A stretch of DNA of 61,791 nucleotides, filler included, from Sphacelaria rigidula (taxonomy: Eukaryota): assembly GCA_964200075.2 (NCBI GenBank). It is 5 parts of 5 records of this genome, joined end to end, with 100 filler letters (N's around TTAATTAATTAA, not from the genome) between each part and the next. Parts side by side here need not be neighbours in the genome. Positions count along the whole stretch, not along the records: positions 12,381 to 24,659 come from CAXNAA020003931.1; 4 more parts are not named here. One strand, given 5' to 3'. Shown here one piece after another: positions 12,453 to 24,759 of this stretch. Position numbers and translations under genes: made by a program. Position 1 is the first letter of the stretch. Every line of letters starts with the position of its first letter. The notes under the pieces are model-generated. The model saw nothing but the letters and a program-made list of their open reading frames with translations. It was not told the origin of the DNA and did no database searches.

Positions 12453-14924
12453 GAGTACCTGGACTATTAAACTCCTCGAAGTACCGAGTATTCCAGAATA
12501 CCCGAGAGCATCGACGCCTCACATTACCCGTACTTGGACTGGACCCTATTGAACATCGTTGGTTGGTTGGTGACATCCGCCGCATAATGTCGTCGTGCGC
12601 TTGCAAATTCGCTCTGGCCCACAGCGCGCGAAAATAGCCAATAGTTTTGCACTGAGTCAAGTATGAGCTGGGCCAGCTTAGAAGCAGATCTGTAGGTTGC
12701 TTTCGGATTTTCATCTCAATTTTGACAGTTGCTCTTTGAAATTGGTCTGGACAACCGCGAGGGCATAATGAAAAAAAAATTATCTCGACGCACTGGGATT
12801 TTTTATTTCATGTGTCCAGGGCAAAAAACAAGATTCAGATTTCACTAAAACGTCCCTCACTGATGAAAAATCCCAGGGCGTCGAGATCACTTTGTTATGC
12901 CCTACAGGGGAGTTCACGGTCAACACCCAAAATACACTCATGAGCGGATCCCTTTCGTAGTACCTATCCAAGGGAGGCATACATGGCATTATTCTGACCG
13001 CCATGGACGAATGAAGAGGGTGACGTAGCTGGATTTTGTTCAAGACCGTAGCCATGGTGCCAGGGGCGAACAGGTGCCTCGACCAATCGCCGGCCTTCAA
13101 ATCGTTCTGAAATTAAGTTTTCAATTTTCTGAACCAATTTTTACCCTCTCTCCATATGCTCAAATGGTTTGAACTCGCAATCAGCTCGGTAATCTAACGA
13201 AAAAAACAGCATTGAAAACGGTTTCTACGGGATCGAATTTCCCCCCCAAATCGTCAAATTTCGGTCACCAAAGACCCAGACAAGCCCCGGGCGGTTTCCC
13301 TTACCAATGACTTAAAAAAGCTCAGATCGCCCTCAACCTTGGCTGTTCGGTGGGGATTGGTGCTCCGCATGGAAAATGTTAAATTATTGGAAAAAAAACA
13401 AAGTTCCTCCGCTTTTTACTGGCTGCCAGAGGTCCAGGCGTCGAGACCCCCGAAGCTGGTACAGATTGTCTAAAATAAAAATAAAAATAACTCATTTATC
13501 GCGGGGTAGTCCAAGAAACATTTGCACGAGGTTTCGTTGCGAAGCTCGATAAAGTGATGTAAGGGAGTCGCTTTGACGTCGAAGAAGGTGTTCTATACTA
13601 AAATCAACCAAATAGAAGGTTGTTCGCGGGCACGCGACACTTCAGCGCACATTTCCGCAAAACTTCACACTGTCTGTGGTTTATCTCCTATTTTTCTGTT
13701 TTCCCGCGTATGAATGATTTTTCACGTGCAGCACAGTGATGCACACGGAGGGCTGGATCATGGCATTGTGTAAGTGGCCATCACAATCCGCTCAGATAGC
13801 ACAAGGCAGGAGGCATCAGCTGGGGCACAGCAAAACAAATCGCTCTTGCCTCCATGCTTCTCTCAACAAGCACTGCTATCGAAAACTTGTGCTGTGGCGT
13901 AGCATTCGACCTCCTGTATTGACTCGCCCAATTTCGAGTGAAGATTGTACGTGCGCACAGATGACGCATGAAGGTTTCAAGGGTGCTTAGAGTAGGACAG
14001 AGCAAGGTAGGGTATGAAACACCCGCGGGGAACCTGATATCCCTTTTTTTTTGCTGTCGTTAACTCGGGTATTCGGGGATTCTCGCGAGTTTCGGCAGTT
14101 GATACCTTGTATACCCTAGAGTATTGAGTACTGCGCTCAAATGGCGGCACCCTAAAAACTCAGGATGCCTCACGGTACGTGCCCTATCCCAACCACTTGT
14201 GGAAGGTTCTGAAACCAAATGTATACACGATGAAAGGCATTGTCCGAACGCATCAAACACGCTGCAGAGTTGATAACTGAAAGCGTGGCAAATGCATGTT
14301 GTGCGATGACACGACAGAAACGAATCCCCTCGAGTGCATCAGAGCGGACAGGGCGAATAGACCATTTGCTTCCACCAGTAGGTGTAAGGCTTTCCCATTG
14401 CGTTGTTTTCTTGTTTACTTTGAATGATTGGAGGTTCTTTGTTGGTTTTACTTGGTTCCAGCTCGCGTACTGTACTCTGATGTGGCTTCTTTGTGGGCAA
14501 TGCTGCACGCGCGGAGTCATTATTGCTGGCCTTCGGTCGTGTCTTCAAAAAGACAGGCAGGGGCTGCCCATGTGATACGATGCATGATTGCTCATGGGTG
14601 TGTGTGTGTACCTTGCATAGTAGCGTTCCCTAAATTGAGGAGACCGTGCATGTCCCAGCGCACAACATTAATCAAGTTGAAACCTGAGAAATTTCATGCG
14701 ATGTGGTCATTTGTTCGTTTTGCAGCACACACAAGTCAAAGCAAATTCGTGACACAGTATGGGACGGCAGCAGCAGCACGCGGAGGTACACGATGGCGGC
14801 ATTTCCAAGGGCAGTTCGGGTAGGATAAACCCAATACTCGGTATTTTTGAAAAGTCTTACTCTTGGTACCCAACATTTGGGTAGAGTATATGGGATCGTA
14901 CTCAATCTACCCAAAATTTGGGTA

Positions 14925-15514
14925 CGAGCTGGGCCGGCGAAGAGTAGGTGTGAATCTCGCTCAGGCGATGCACGGCGTGATATGAGGAGTTGGACGCTGA
15001 AATTTTGACAGCAGCTTTTCATGATCGAAATGCAGAAGATCGCGTGAGCAGCAAAGAACAAATCAAGAGGAAGTTATGGGGGTTCGAAATTTCAGCAAAA
15101 ACAAGATAATGCCACAAGTCCAGGAAAAAAATGAGAATCTGCTGCTGCTCACGTAATGTATCATTTCCTTGGATGCCGAAGATCTTCCTGAAATTTCAGC
15201 TCAAGAGTCGTTGAATTGGGCCGTGCGTGCAACATTTTGCGTGTCGCTGCTGCACCCGTACAATTCAAGTGATAGGAGACTCTAATTATGGAGGGAGTGA
15301 GTTCGGATCCCGACAGGTTCTCTTTTTTTTCGTCCGTCGTTGAGGTCATATATCATGCAGTACACAATTTTCATTTTTTTCATTCAGCGGCGGTGCCGTG
15401 TGTTACTAGGTTGGTCTGCACTTCACAGTGATATGCTCACACCGGGTTCATTCGGGAAACTGGGGAAGCTGTGGTGTGAGCAACTCTTAGCAGCTATTAA
15501 GCTGGCCCAGCTCG
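14925..15514. mobile_element. Tc1/mariner-type MITE nested in the hAT-like element
   Basis: TIRs cgagctgggcc / ggcccagctcg flanked by TA on both sides. Removing it restores the host repeat gggtagagtattt. Confidence 0.8.
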
Positions 15515-16760
15515 TAGAGTATTTGAGGTCATACCCAATCTACCCACATTTTGGGTAGAGTATTGAGGCCATACCCAAGTGATACTCTATACTCAAGTAT
15601 TACTGAGAGTACAAACCCAATATTGGGTAGAGTATCTAAGGTTGTACTCAATTTGCCCAAGTCTTGGGTAGAGTATTCGAGGTCATACCCAATCTACCCA
15701 AATTTTGGGTAGAGTGTTGAGATAATACCCAAGTGATACTCTATACCCGGGTATTGCTAAGAGTGCTCACCCAAAATTGGGTAGAGTATTTGAGGTCGTA
15801 CCTAATCTACCCAAACTTTGGATGGAATATATGAGGCCGTACCGAATCTACCCAAAATTTGGGTAGAGTATTTGAGGTCATACCCAATCTGCCCAAAATT
15901 TGTGTGGAGTATCCGAGGCGGGACCCAATATACCCAAACCTCGGGTATAACTTAAGTATTAAAGTTTGTACCCAAGATACTCAAACCGCCTGTACAATAC
16001 ACCGGGGCCTGTTTTGGGATCAGGTCTATCACTCCTGACCCCGTCGCGCGCTGTTGTTTCCCCTCGCGACTGTTGCGGCGTTCCCACATCTTCCACCGTT
16101 TCCACCGCTGGGTCTCCCATGGAGGAATCAGATGTGCGGCCCGTAGAGTCGCTCATTTTTACAAAACCTACCCGACTACCCGTCGACTCGATGACCCAAT
16201 AATGAAGAGTCGTAGCGCTTTGTACTGAAACTGAAGAAGATGCGAATTATGAAGTATAGGTGTGGGTATGTACTGCCGGGGATGGGGCAGGTATGTTCAT
16301 GCACCTGCACGTTTTTATTCTTATTCTTTTGGACACCGTTCGCTGACACTCCTTGTAGCCTGTGACGTGACGTCACTCATCTCATTGATGGCCACCGTTC
16401 GCCCACCCATTCGACGTAGTCTGTGAAGTGGCGTCACGAAGTCGCCAACGGTCACGGTTACTCATCATACCCAAGTGATACTCCATACCTGAGTATTACT
16501 GAGATGACTCACCCAATATTGGGTAGAGTATTTGAGGTCATACCCAATCTACCCACATTTTGGGTAGAGTGTTGAGATAATACTCAAGTGATACTCTATA
16601 CCCAGGTATTGCTAAGAGTGCTTACCCAATATTGGGTAGAGTATTTGAGGTCGTTCCTAATCTACCCAAACCTTGGATAGAATGTTTGAGGCCGTGCCCA
16701 ATATACCCAAACGCTGGGTAGAGTAAATACCCGGGTATTTTACCCGAGTATTCAGAAGTA
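15515..16760. repeat. Two arrays (15515-15985, 16465-16760) of ~40-bp semi-palindromic units with a ~120-bp higher-order period
   Basis: Unit gggtagagtatttgaggtcatacccaatctacccaaaattt alternates with a longer variant containing caagtgatactctatacc. Confidence 0.9.
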
Positions 16761-18130
16761 CATACCCTAGCCGACCTGCCCTTGGAGATTTCCGTGTCAG
16801 GCCTCATGAATAGGAAATTCAGATGGCTGTACAGCTGCTCGCATCGTGGTTGATTTATTCAAGATTTCGAAATCGACTGGTCGGTAATCTTCGGCACATA
16901 TTTATCGCGAGACGGAACTCGAAACCAACTCGGTATCCGTGGCCACCTACACCATATTGTACACTCGTGCAACGCGCGTTCGTGTGGAATTGTACGCAAG
17001 AAGACACCCGTGCAACCGTTCACCGCCGTACATATTTGCTAACACCGATACATGTCCGCGCCCTGTTTGTCTTTATGTAGAAGAACGGGATGTGCGTATT
17101 ACGTACGATGACAAACTGAAGTTATACCGCATACCACAACCTTGTGTGCACACCTTTTGATTACTTGTGCTTTGCCAAACCTCTTTTACGTACGGAGTCT
17201 TCGTCTCGATTTCTTGATCTCGCATACTCTAGATAGCGTCGTATACCGGGATTAGGCACACAACTTGGGTGTCAGAGCCCAATTCTTGAAGCTTTGGGGT
17301 GCGGAGTGAACTGAGGCCACGGTGCGACCGACCAACGCCAACCCGCGCCACACTCACTCAGCCATGCCTGCTCTCAGCATCATCCGCGTTCCTACTTGCA
17401 TGAAGTCATCATCCAAATTAACTTGTCCAGGTCACAATCTTACTCCATGACTCGTCGATCAGTGGTCCGCTCGTCATATGTCCCCCATTTATATTTTTAC
17501 CAAAAAAGGGTGATAAATACGAGGGAACTGAATTGTCCTGAGGGTTACATCCTATCGAGTTGGGTCGTAACACGACACCATATAAAAATTTATCAGTCTT
17601 GAGGGATCAGCGACGATTTCATCTCCCCTCACCAAGTCACACCGAGTGCACACAAGATGGCTTCAATCATCCTCGAGAGTATGAACGATTTCTGTGGCTT
17701 CCACCCCCAAGAACCTCGAACATATTACATGCTCCGCAATAACGAGTGTGGGGCCGTGGGTATGCTGTTTTTCACAAAGTATTGAATGCTGCGACAATAT
17801 TTGTTGTTGAACGTGTAGGATACATGACATGCGAAATGATTCAAAAGTACCGACCAGCTGGTACCAACCTCTAGCCCTTAGTGTACAATTTTTTAGATTC
17901 GGAGGAGGACAAAATGCAACAGCAAGGAATAGAGGGGCGAGGGGTATCGTGAACATCGTGGCGAAAGGGGAAAGGACGAGGGCACAAGGATAAAACACCT
18001 ATCATGTCACAATTTTCGACGAGACCCGCCGTATTACTCCTCGTGTTTCCGCCACCCTTCATCATCAATCGTGCATATTGCCCTTCGCCGCTTCCTGCTT
18101 CGAACAATAAACGTACCGTTGTTTAATTAG

Positions 18131-19057
18131 GCCGATCCGACCAACGTGGAGCTGCATGAAGGCCTTGCAGCTCTGTGCATAGATTCTGCCCGCCCGGAAG
18201 AGGCCGCCGAGTGCTACAAAACCTGCCTCAACCTCGACTCGTCCCCCGCTGCCGCCGCCGTCCCCGCGCCCGATCTCGCAGGGAACACTGTCCATTCTCC
18301 AGATGAATGCGAAGAGGCACGGCGGCGACGTGCCCGGCGGGATCGCTGGTCCGTGGCGCTGTTCAAGTGCCACGCGTCGGTGTGCTCTTGGGACGATTGG
18401 GATGCCGACGCTCGGGCGCTTCGTTCCGCAGTTCGGCGACACCGAGCAGCAGGAGCGACGACATCGAAAACACGGAGAGTTGGTGGTGGGATTGCTGCTG
18501 ACGCAGACGGTGATGATCGGAACGTCGGTAGGATTACCGGGGAGTGGCGAGAGAGGTTTATTGCTGGGGTACCTTGGGAGGAGGACGAGGAAGACGAGAT
18601 CATCGAGATAGAGGGAGAAAGGGCACCGAGACGTGTGGATCCTGGACGGCGAGAGGGTGACGGCGGCAGCAACACGGTCCGTAGTGGTGGGAGTCCAGGG
18701 AGTAGGAGCAACGACGAAGTTGGGGGTGATGTTAGTAGCGATGATGGTGATGGTGGGGTTGTAGTCGATCGGCCGGTCCTGCACCCGTTTGACTCGCTCA
18801 GCGCCCCGCTTACCATCGCTGACTGTCTGGCGGTAGCGCAGCAGCAATCTCGAGCAGTTCTGGCTGCTGCAAGAAAGACGGCAGGAGCTAACGTTGTGAC
18901 AGATAGTGGCTGTGAGGAGACAGCAGGAGGAGAGCGGCGTTTTGTGGGAAGGGAGGAGCAATTGCGGCGGCCGATGGAAGACGTGAATGGCCGGTTGCGG
19001 CTTGGGTACGTGAGCGGTGACCTTATGGGGACTCACCCTCTCACCCATTTGATGCAG
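18131..19057 (+). CDS. OGT: OGT exon: last TPR plus start of the catalytic domain, with low-complexity inserts
   Basis: ttag|GCC GAT ... ATG CAG|gtgcgc; 927 nt, phase 0/0. Encodes TPR-like ADPTNVELHEGLAALC..EEAAECYKTCLNLD, then CSWDDWD and LHPFDSL. Confidence 0.9.
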
Positions 19058-19328
19058 GTGCGCCCAGGGGCCATGGGTTGGTGTCGCAAGAGTCTCCTAC
19101 ATTTTACCCGTTCCCGTGTGGTTTGGCGTGTTTGATCCTGTTGTGGTGTGAAAGCTGGTGTTGCCTGTATAGGTTTTGTGATATACTTTCATGTTCTACT
19201 TGCGTACGGCAGTCGGTGGCGATCTCGGGTAGGCAATGCGGCAGTCATGAAAGTTTTGGCCTGGATATATATTCACCCCCAGAATGTACACCATGCGAGT
19301 TTGCGTTCCATACCGTGGAGTGCAAACC

Positions 19329-19361
<33 letters not shown>

Positions 19362-22300
19362 CTGTTGTGTTGTTGCTACAGCCAGCAGTCCCCCAGCATG
19401 ACCCCATTCGCTCATTGTCTGCCCATTGTCTGCGCTCATTCCCTTCTTGCTTGCACCTTTCTTCAGAGCACGTTCGGAATGCACGATCGCAGCAACTTCG
19501 AGGTGTTCCTGTACGCTCTCAACCCCTCGGACGGTTCTGACTCGAGGCGACGCATGGAGAAAGAAGTCGAGCACTTCCGAGACCTAAGCATGCTTCCCGC
19601 CGCCACAGCTGCCGACGCCATATCAGCCGACCGGTGAGAAAATCCATGCCGTAACTCGACTAAGGTCCCCCGAAAAAACGTACGGTGTAAGGCCGCACAT
19701 GAGCTATCGAGCTAGGCACGTGACAATAACATACTCGTTTTTGTATACAAACGCTCAGATCTCCAGTAGTCTCAGAATTCCGAGAGTGTTGAAAAATAAA
19801 TTGAATGTTCCCAGTATGCGTGAAATACGCTGCACAAAAAAGGAAATCTCCCCTGCATCCGTCTCGATGCACTGGTCGGCTTGAACATGACAATATTTTT
19901 CCGTTCACCGTCCGTTGTCAATTTGTATGCTATGCAATAGCATCAGCATCCTGGTGAATCTCAACGGCTACGCCGGGACGGCCAGGAGTGCTGACATCTT
20001 CGCTTTGCGACCGGCCCCGATAGCCGTGAGCTACATGGGCTTTCCAGGGAGCATGGGGAGTCGCGATATTGTGGACTATATTCTGGCTGACGACGTCGTC
20101 ATACCTCCTCACCTGAATCAATTTTATTCCGAAAAGGTTGGCGATGTGTAGACTTATCAGGAAATGCTCACATGGAGGGCTGTTTTGTGGTACTCCATAC
20201 GGCGGTCGACGGGACGCACAGTATATTTTGTAAACCTACCGCGGCGTCGAAACGAGAAACGTGTGACAAAGTATGCTGTTTTTCATATGCTGCCCTCGTG
20301 TGCAGCGCACACGCGCCTAACGACTCATAGGGGCGGACATGTTGTGGTTGTGGAGGTTCTCTGGCGACTCAGTCACACGCGGCGGTTGAACAAGCTACCA
20401 GCCATCAGAAACAACCCCGTGTCATGTGTGTTTTCTCTTTTGTGTCTCGGAGATTGCGCGTGCTTTCACTTGCATGTTGGCAAATTTCGCACTTTTTGTT
20501 GACCTGCTGCTACTCCCTGGCCTCGCTTTGTTTTCCTTGTTTCATTCAAAAGTAACCTATGCTTGTCTTCTGCTTTTGCTGCTCGCCTGTCCTCTGCCCA
20601 CACGTATATTTATTTCCATACTCCAGGTCCTTAGAATGCCGCATTGCTACTTCGTGAATGACTACCGACAGAGTGGGCTCGCGGCCATCAGGTCCCCCGC
20701 TCCCGTCCGATCAGACTATGGCCTTCCCTCGGGAGGTGACGAAGAAAGAGGTAGCGGGGACGTAGCTGACGACCGAAGGCAGCGGGACGATGGTGAACCG
20801 GGTGTGTGGGGGCACGCAGGCGAACAGGGGAGCTCTGTGGAACAGGATCAAAGACAAGGCCTGGTTGGCAGCGGGGTTGACTGCGTGGTGTTGTGCAATT
20901 TCAATCGTCTGCACAAGATCGATCCACACACCTTCGCGGCTTGGATGGAGGTTTGTTGGTGTGATTTTTGTTCGAATATTGCGATACGGAGTGGAAACTT
21001 GTACACATGCGTGGGATGATGATCATTTTGTGTTTGCTCCAGAGTTTTATTCTGCGAAGTCAGTCGGGCATGTCCATTGGAAAAGGGGTATGTGTGCTTC
21101 GAGGCTGTTCTGCTGCAGGCAACAGGCACGCATTCAAGATAACGTCGGTCTCGCGTCGTATGCCTCTACAAAAACCAAGCTCTTGGGAAAAAGACAACAG
21201 TAGGGTCCAAGTCTGCTTATATACGTGTTTCGTACAACGCACCACCTAATATGTATTCTGGCCCACGATGTTATTCTTTTCGCACGCGGAGCGAATCATT
21301 ACCTGCACGCCCTGTACGAATGACGATAGGGGAAAATAGGCGAAACAGTCGTGCTGTATGAATCAAGAGCGAGAAAGATGTATGTCAGAGTTCATGCCGC
21401 ACGAATTACAGTTGGGCATCATGTACGAATCACCTTTCTTGTGTGAGTCACGGCTGGGAAGCGTGTACGCTTCGTTCATGCCATACGAAGCGAGGGTGAA
21501 GGAAAAATTTCGTTCGATTCGTTCTATTCGTATGGTACGAGCTGAAAATGATGAAAATGTACCCTTGATTCATGCCGTACAAATCGAAGGCGAAGAATTT
21601 TTTTGGATTCGTTCCTGACGAGCCGAGAATTATGTAAATTTCACGCGTACCGTGCAGATTCAATGTGGAGGGAAACGTCCATTTGATTCGTAACATACGA
21701 GCCAAGAGTGAGAAAAATGTACATTGTTTTGGCGCCGTACGAATCAAGGGTGGGGCGAACATACACTTAATCCGTGCCACACGAATCACAAATGGGAACA
21801 TATGCTGCGGCAGATCAAGGTGATGACTAGTCACCGTTCGTGTACGAATTGTGTGATCCGTGTGAGCAAACAATGAGAGGTGCGCGTGAACGGCCACTCA
21901 GAACTGAAACACGGGACACCCTGGCACGCTCCGTGTCCACGGAGACCTGTGCGTGTTCTGGTCGATCAAGGACAGGGTGTCATAGCCGTGGCGTTGCGGT
22001 GCGTCACAAGATGTAATCATGGCAACAAGGAAACCTTCATTTGGGCGGAGAAAATAAGAAGGGGACAACTTTATCACACGACTGCAGTGATTTTGTGTGA
22101 AGCAATCTCCCTGCCTTCCCCCTTTCCATCCCCTCTCACCATTCCACAACCAACCGTGAAATAGACTGCCATTGTTGGGGCCTCACTAGCAGTAAGTACG
22201 AGTGATTTGGAAAGTTGACAGTCCCCCGCTTCGTGTCAGTTACCTTGCCCCATCAAGATGATGTGCGTTGAGGCAAGGACAACATTCTACCGGTTTCACT

Positions 22301-23887
22301 ATTCGCCTTTTGCTTCTAACACTTCACGTTTTGCTCCACACCAGCCCACAACCGCATTCCTCAATGACAACGGATGCCCACGAAGCAATCCAAAATGACC
22401 CAAGCCACGCCAAAGCGCAATTCGTGGTTTGTGCAGTAGTTCTGATTTGCGACTGGGGTGGCGAGGGAGATGAACATGTGTTGCACCACTGTACGGTTGG
22501 TTGGTCGATGCGGATTTTTATCAAACAATCAATATCACGCCCTTGAAGAACAGTACGGGCGATACGAATCATGCTCACGTCACGCATACTTCGAGTGAGT
22601 ATGAGCCTTGCTTTGCCTTGCCATGCCGTGTACGTGGATTATTGGTTGTAGGAAAACGCGAAAGAAAGAATCTTTCCGCACCGATGATTGGTGGGAACGA
22701 TGTGCGATTGATTCGTGCCGAACGAATAAAGAGTGGGGAAAATTCACGTTCGATTTGTGCTGTACAACCCAAGGGTAGGAAAGATGTGCGACATATTCGT
22801 GCTGTACCGATGGGTTGGAAAAATGCTCGTCGTGGACCGTCCTTTACGAAATTCGAGTTCAACACGTTTACGAACCACTTTTTATTTTTAGGGGAAATGT
22901 GAACATGTGTGTTGTGTGTTGCCATCCCATTTTTCCTGGACGCCTCTGTACATCTTTGAGTGTCTGTGGGTGCATCAGGCAGGGTCACGCGGGAGGCAGT
23001 TCAACGCGAGATTTTTTCGTTTTTGTTTTATTTTAGTACTCCACCTTCCTTGCGCGGCGCTTGCCCTCCTTTTTTCCGCGAGAAGGGTTCGGTGATCCCT
23101 TTCATTTTGTTGTTGTTTGTTTGACATCATGATTTTACCCGTCCTACGCGTGAAACAACTATCGTTTCCGGCAGATTCTTGAGGACGTTCCTAGCACCGT
23201 TCTATGGCTGCTCGACGGCGGCGAAACAGCTCGCACCAACCTCCGAAGGCGGGCGAGACTTGCCGGAGTAGACGACGCCCGGCTCTTTTTTGCGCCCCTT
23301 GTTGGCAAGGACGAACATCTACGGCGGCTACGATCAGCGGATCTATTTCTGGATACACCGGTACGGCACCGTCCGTAGGATTGCAGGGGACGGGGCAAGA
23401 GGAGCACAAAGTATGTGTGATGAGGGCCATTGGATGGCGAACAGTGTAGCAAGTAATCAGCGTGTCCCTTCGTTCACGTCCACGCACCCGCTCTCATTAG
23501 GGTAGCTTTTGGTTATGTTTCGCCTTGTCGGGGAACTTTAAAGTCGAGGGAAGCATAATGATTGGTAGAAGCCAACAAGAATTTCGTGTTTGTTTCGCAC
23601 CACTATACGCCGCTGCGCCTTTCCTCGTTTCTCTCACTCCCACCGCCCCACCCCCCCATACGCCCGTTCGTATCCTCTCTTGCACTGGTCGTGCATACCG
23701 GTCTTCAGCTATACAACGCACATACGGTCGGGTGCGACGCGCTTTGGGCTGGGGTTCCGATGGTAACGCTTCAGGGCAAAAGGATGGCCTCCAGGGTCGG
23801 TGCTTCACTGCTACAGGCGGCGGAACTTCCGGAACTTGTGACGGACAACATGCAGGCGTACACAGCACTCGCACGGGAATTGGCGAG
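18131..23887 (+). CDS. OGT: O-GlcNAc transferase (GT41, SEC/OGT type), 5'- and 3'-partial; join(18131-19057,19467-19633,19941-20136,20627-20950,23175-23360,23709-23887)
   Basis: Six phase-compatible GT-AG exons give a continuous frame with GT41 motifs RLRLGYVSGD..HPLTHLM, NLNGY, MPHCYFVNDY, CNFNRLHKI and DLFLDTPLYNAHT..DALWAGVPMVT..MASRVGASLL. Confidence 0.95.
19467..19633 (+). CDS. OGT: OGT exon
   Basis: cttcag|STFGMHDRSNFEVFLYALNPSDGS...AISAD|gtgaga. Confidence 0.93.
19941..20136 (+). CDS. OGT: OGT exon
   Basis: aatag|ISILVNLNGYAGTAR...RPAPIAVSYMGFPGSMG...FYSEK|gttggc. Confidence 0.93.
20627..20950 (+). CDS. OGT: OGT exon
   Basis: ctccag|VLRMPHCYFVNDY...CNFNRLHKIDPHTFAAWME|gtttgt. Confidence 0.93.
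21250..22880. repeat. Degenerate TE-like repeats rich in GTACGAA/TTCGT motifs within an OGT intron
   Basis: Motif-dense blocks at ~21250-21870 and ~22550-22880, e.g. gccgtacgaatcaagggtgggg vs gccgaacgaataaagagtgggg. Confidence 0.5.
23175..23360 (+). CDS. OGT: OGT exon (absent from the ORF track)
   Basis: ggcag|ILEDVPSTVLWLL...KDEHLRRLRSADLFLDTP|gtacgg; 186 nt. Confidence 0.93.
23709..23887 (+). CDS. OGT: OGT exon
   Basis: ttcag|LYNAHTVGCDALWAGVPMVTLQGKRMASRVGASLL...ALARELA|gtcaga. Confidence 0.93.
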
Positions 23888-24659
23888 GTCAGAGATTTAC
23901 TGAGCATTTTTTCGAAATTACAGTCAAGTCGTGAAATTTTGTTTGTGTGGGCGTGCTGTGTGTGGAAACGGTCAGCGATAGTCATCTATAGACGCACAAT
24001 TTTGTGTGTTGGTTATTGTTTTGACTTGCTCCTGCTGATCGACACGTGGTAAAACATATGCGTGGTGTGTTCTACATGTGTATTGTGCGACAAGGTTTTC
24101 ATTTAAGTTGCGCAAAAAATCGGAATATGTCGGTAGACCGCGCGACCCGCTCGAACTAGTCCCCGTCCCGAAACCCGGGAATGACTCCAACAGCTGATAT
24201 TTCCTTGAAGTACTGTCAGAATCATCATCGACAGCTGAATCTAGAAGTGCACACTCTCCAGTTTGGCAGAGTCTGCGTTTGACTCTTGCATGTGAGTCGC
24301 GTACCATTGTCCAGATTTACCTGGCTATGGAGCTATGTTCGGAACGTTCCACACCCTGGACGAAACAAAATGTAATAGATATTACCCGCTCACTATGTCG
24401 ACGCGTGGGGTGGTCAATATATATTGGGCGAGCAATATGATGGCACAAGAGATGGTCAATATATATTGTGCCATCAATATGCCAAGTCTCGCGACATGCA
24501 ATATATATCGACCGAACAATATATCACGACACGCGCCACCTCAAAATATATTGGCCGAGTAACATGTTAGTGTGGGGTAAGGCACCAATATATAAACATA
24601 TATATATATATACAAGGGGTTCGGCGGCTTCCGCCGCCACGCTCAATGAGATCGATAGC

Positions 24660-24759
24660 NNNNNNNNNNNNNNNNNNNNNNNNNNNNNNNNNNNNNNNNN
24701 NNNTTAATTAATTAANNNNNNNNNNNNNNNNNNNNNNNNNNNNNNNNNNNNNNNNNNNN
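24660..24759. other. Artificial scaffold-join linker
   Basis: N44-TTAATTAATTAA-N44. Confidence 0.99.

Larger units (their letters stand above)
14806..16784. mobile_element. Non-autonomous hAT-like DNA transposon with subterminal tandem repeats
   Basis: TIRs caagggcagttcgggtagg / cctagccgacctgcccttg. Imperfect 8-bp flanking direct repeat ggcatttc / gagatttc. No transposase seen. Confidence 0.65.

Noticed and set aside
14170-14550. hAT transposase remnant (ASNNDSARAAL.. and TCICHAF on -)
   Set aside because: The motifs are short, lie in different frames and are too far apart to support the call.
15515-16760. CRISPR-like array of ~40-bp palindromic repeats
   Set aside because: There are no unique spacers and no cas genes, the context is eukaryotic, and the array sits inside a TIR element.
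18065-19048. 327-aa and 200-aa minus-strand ORFs
   Set aside because: They are antisense shadows of the GC-rich OGT exon.
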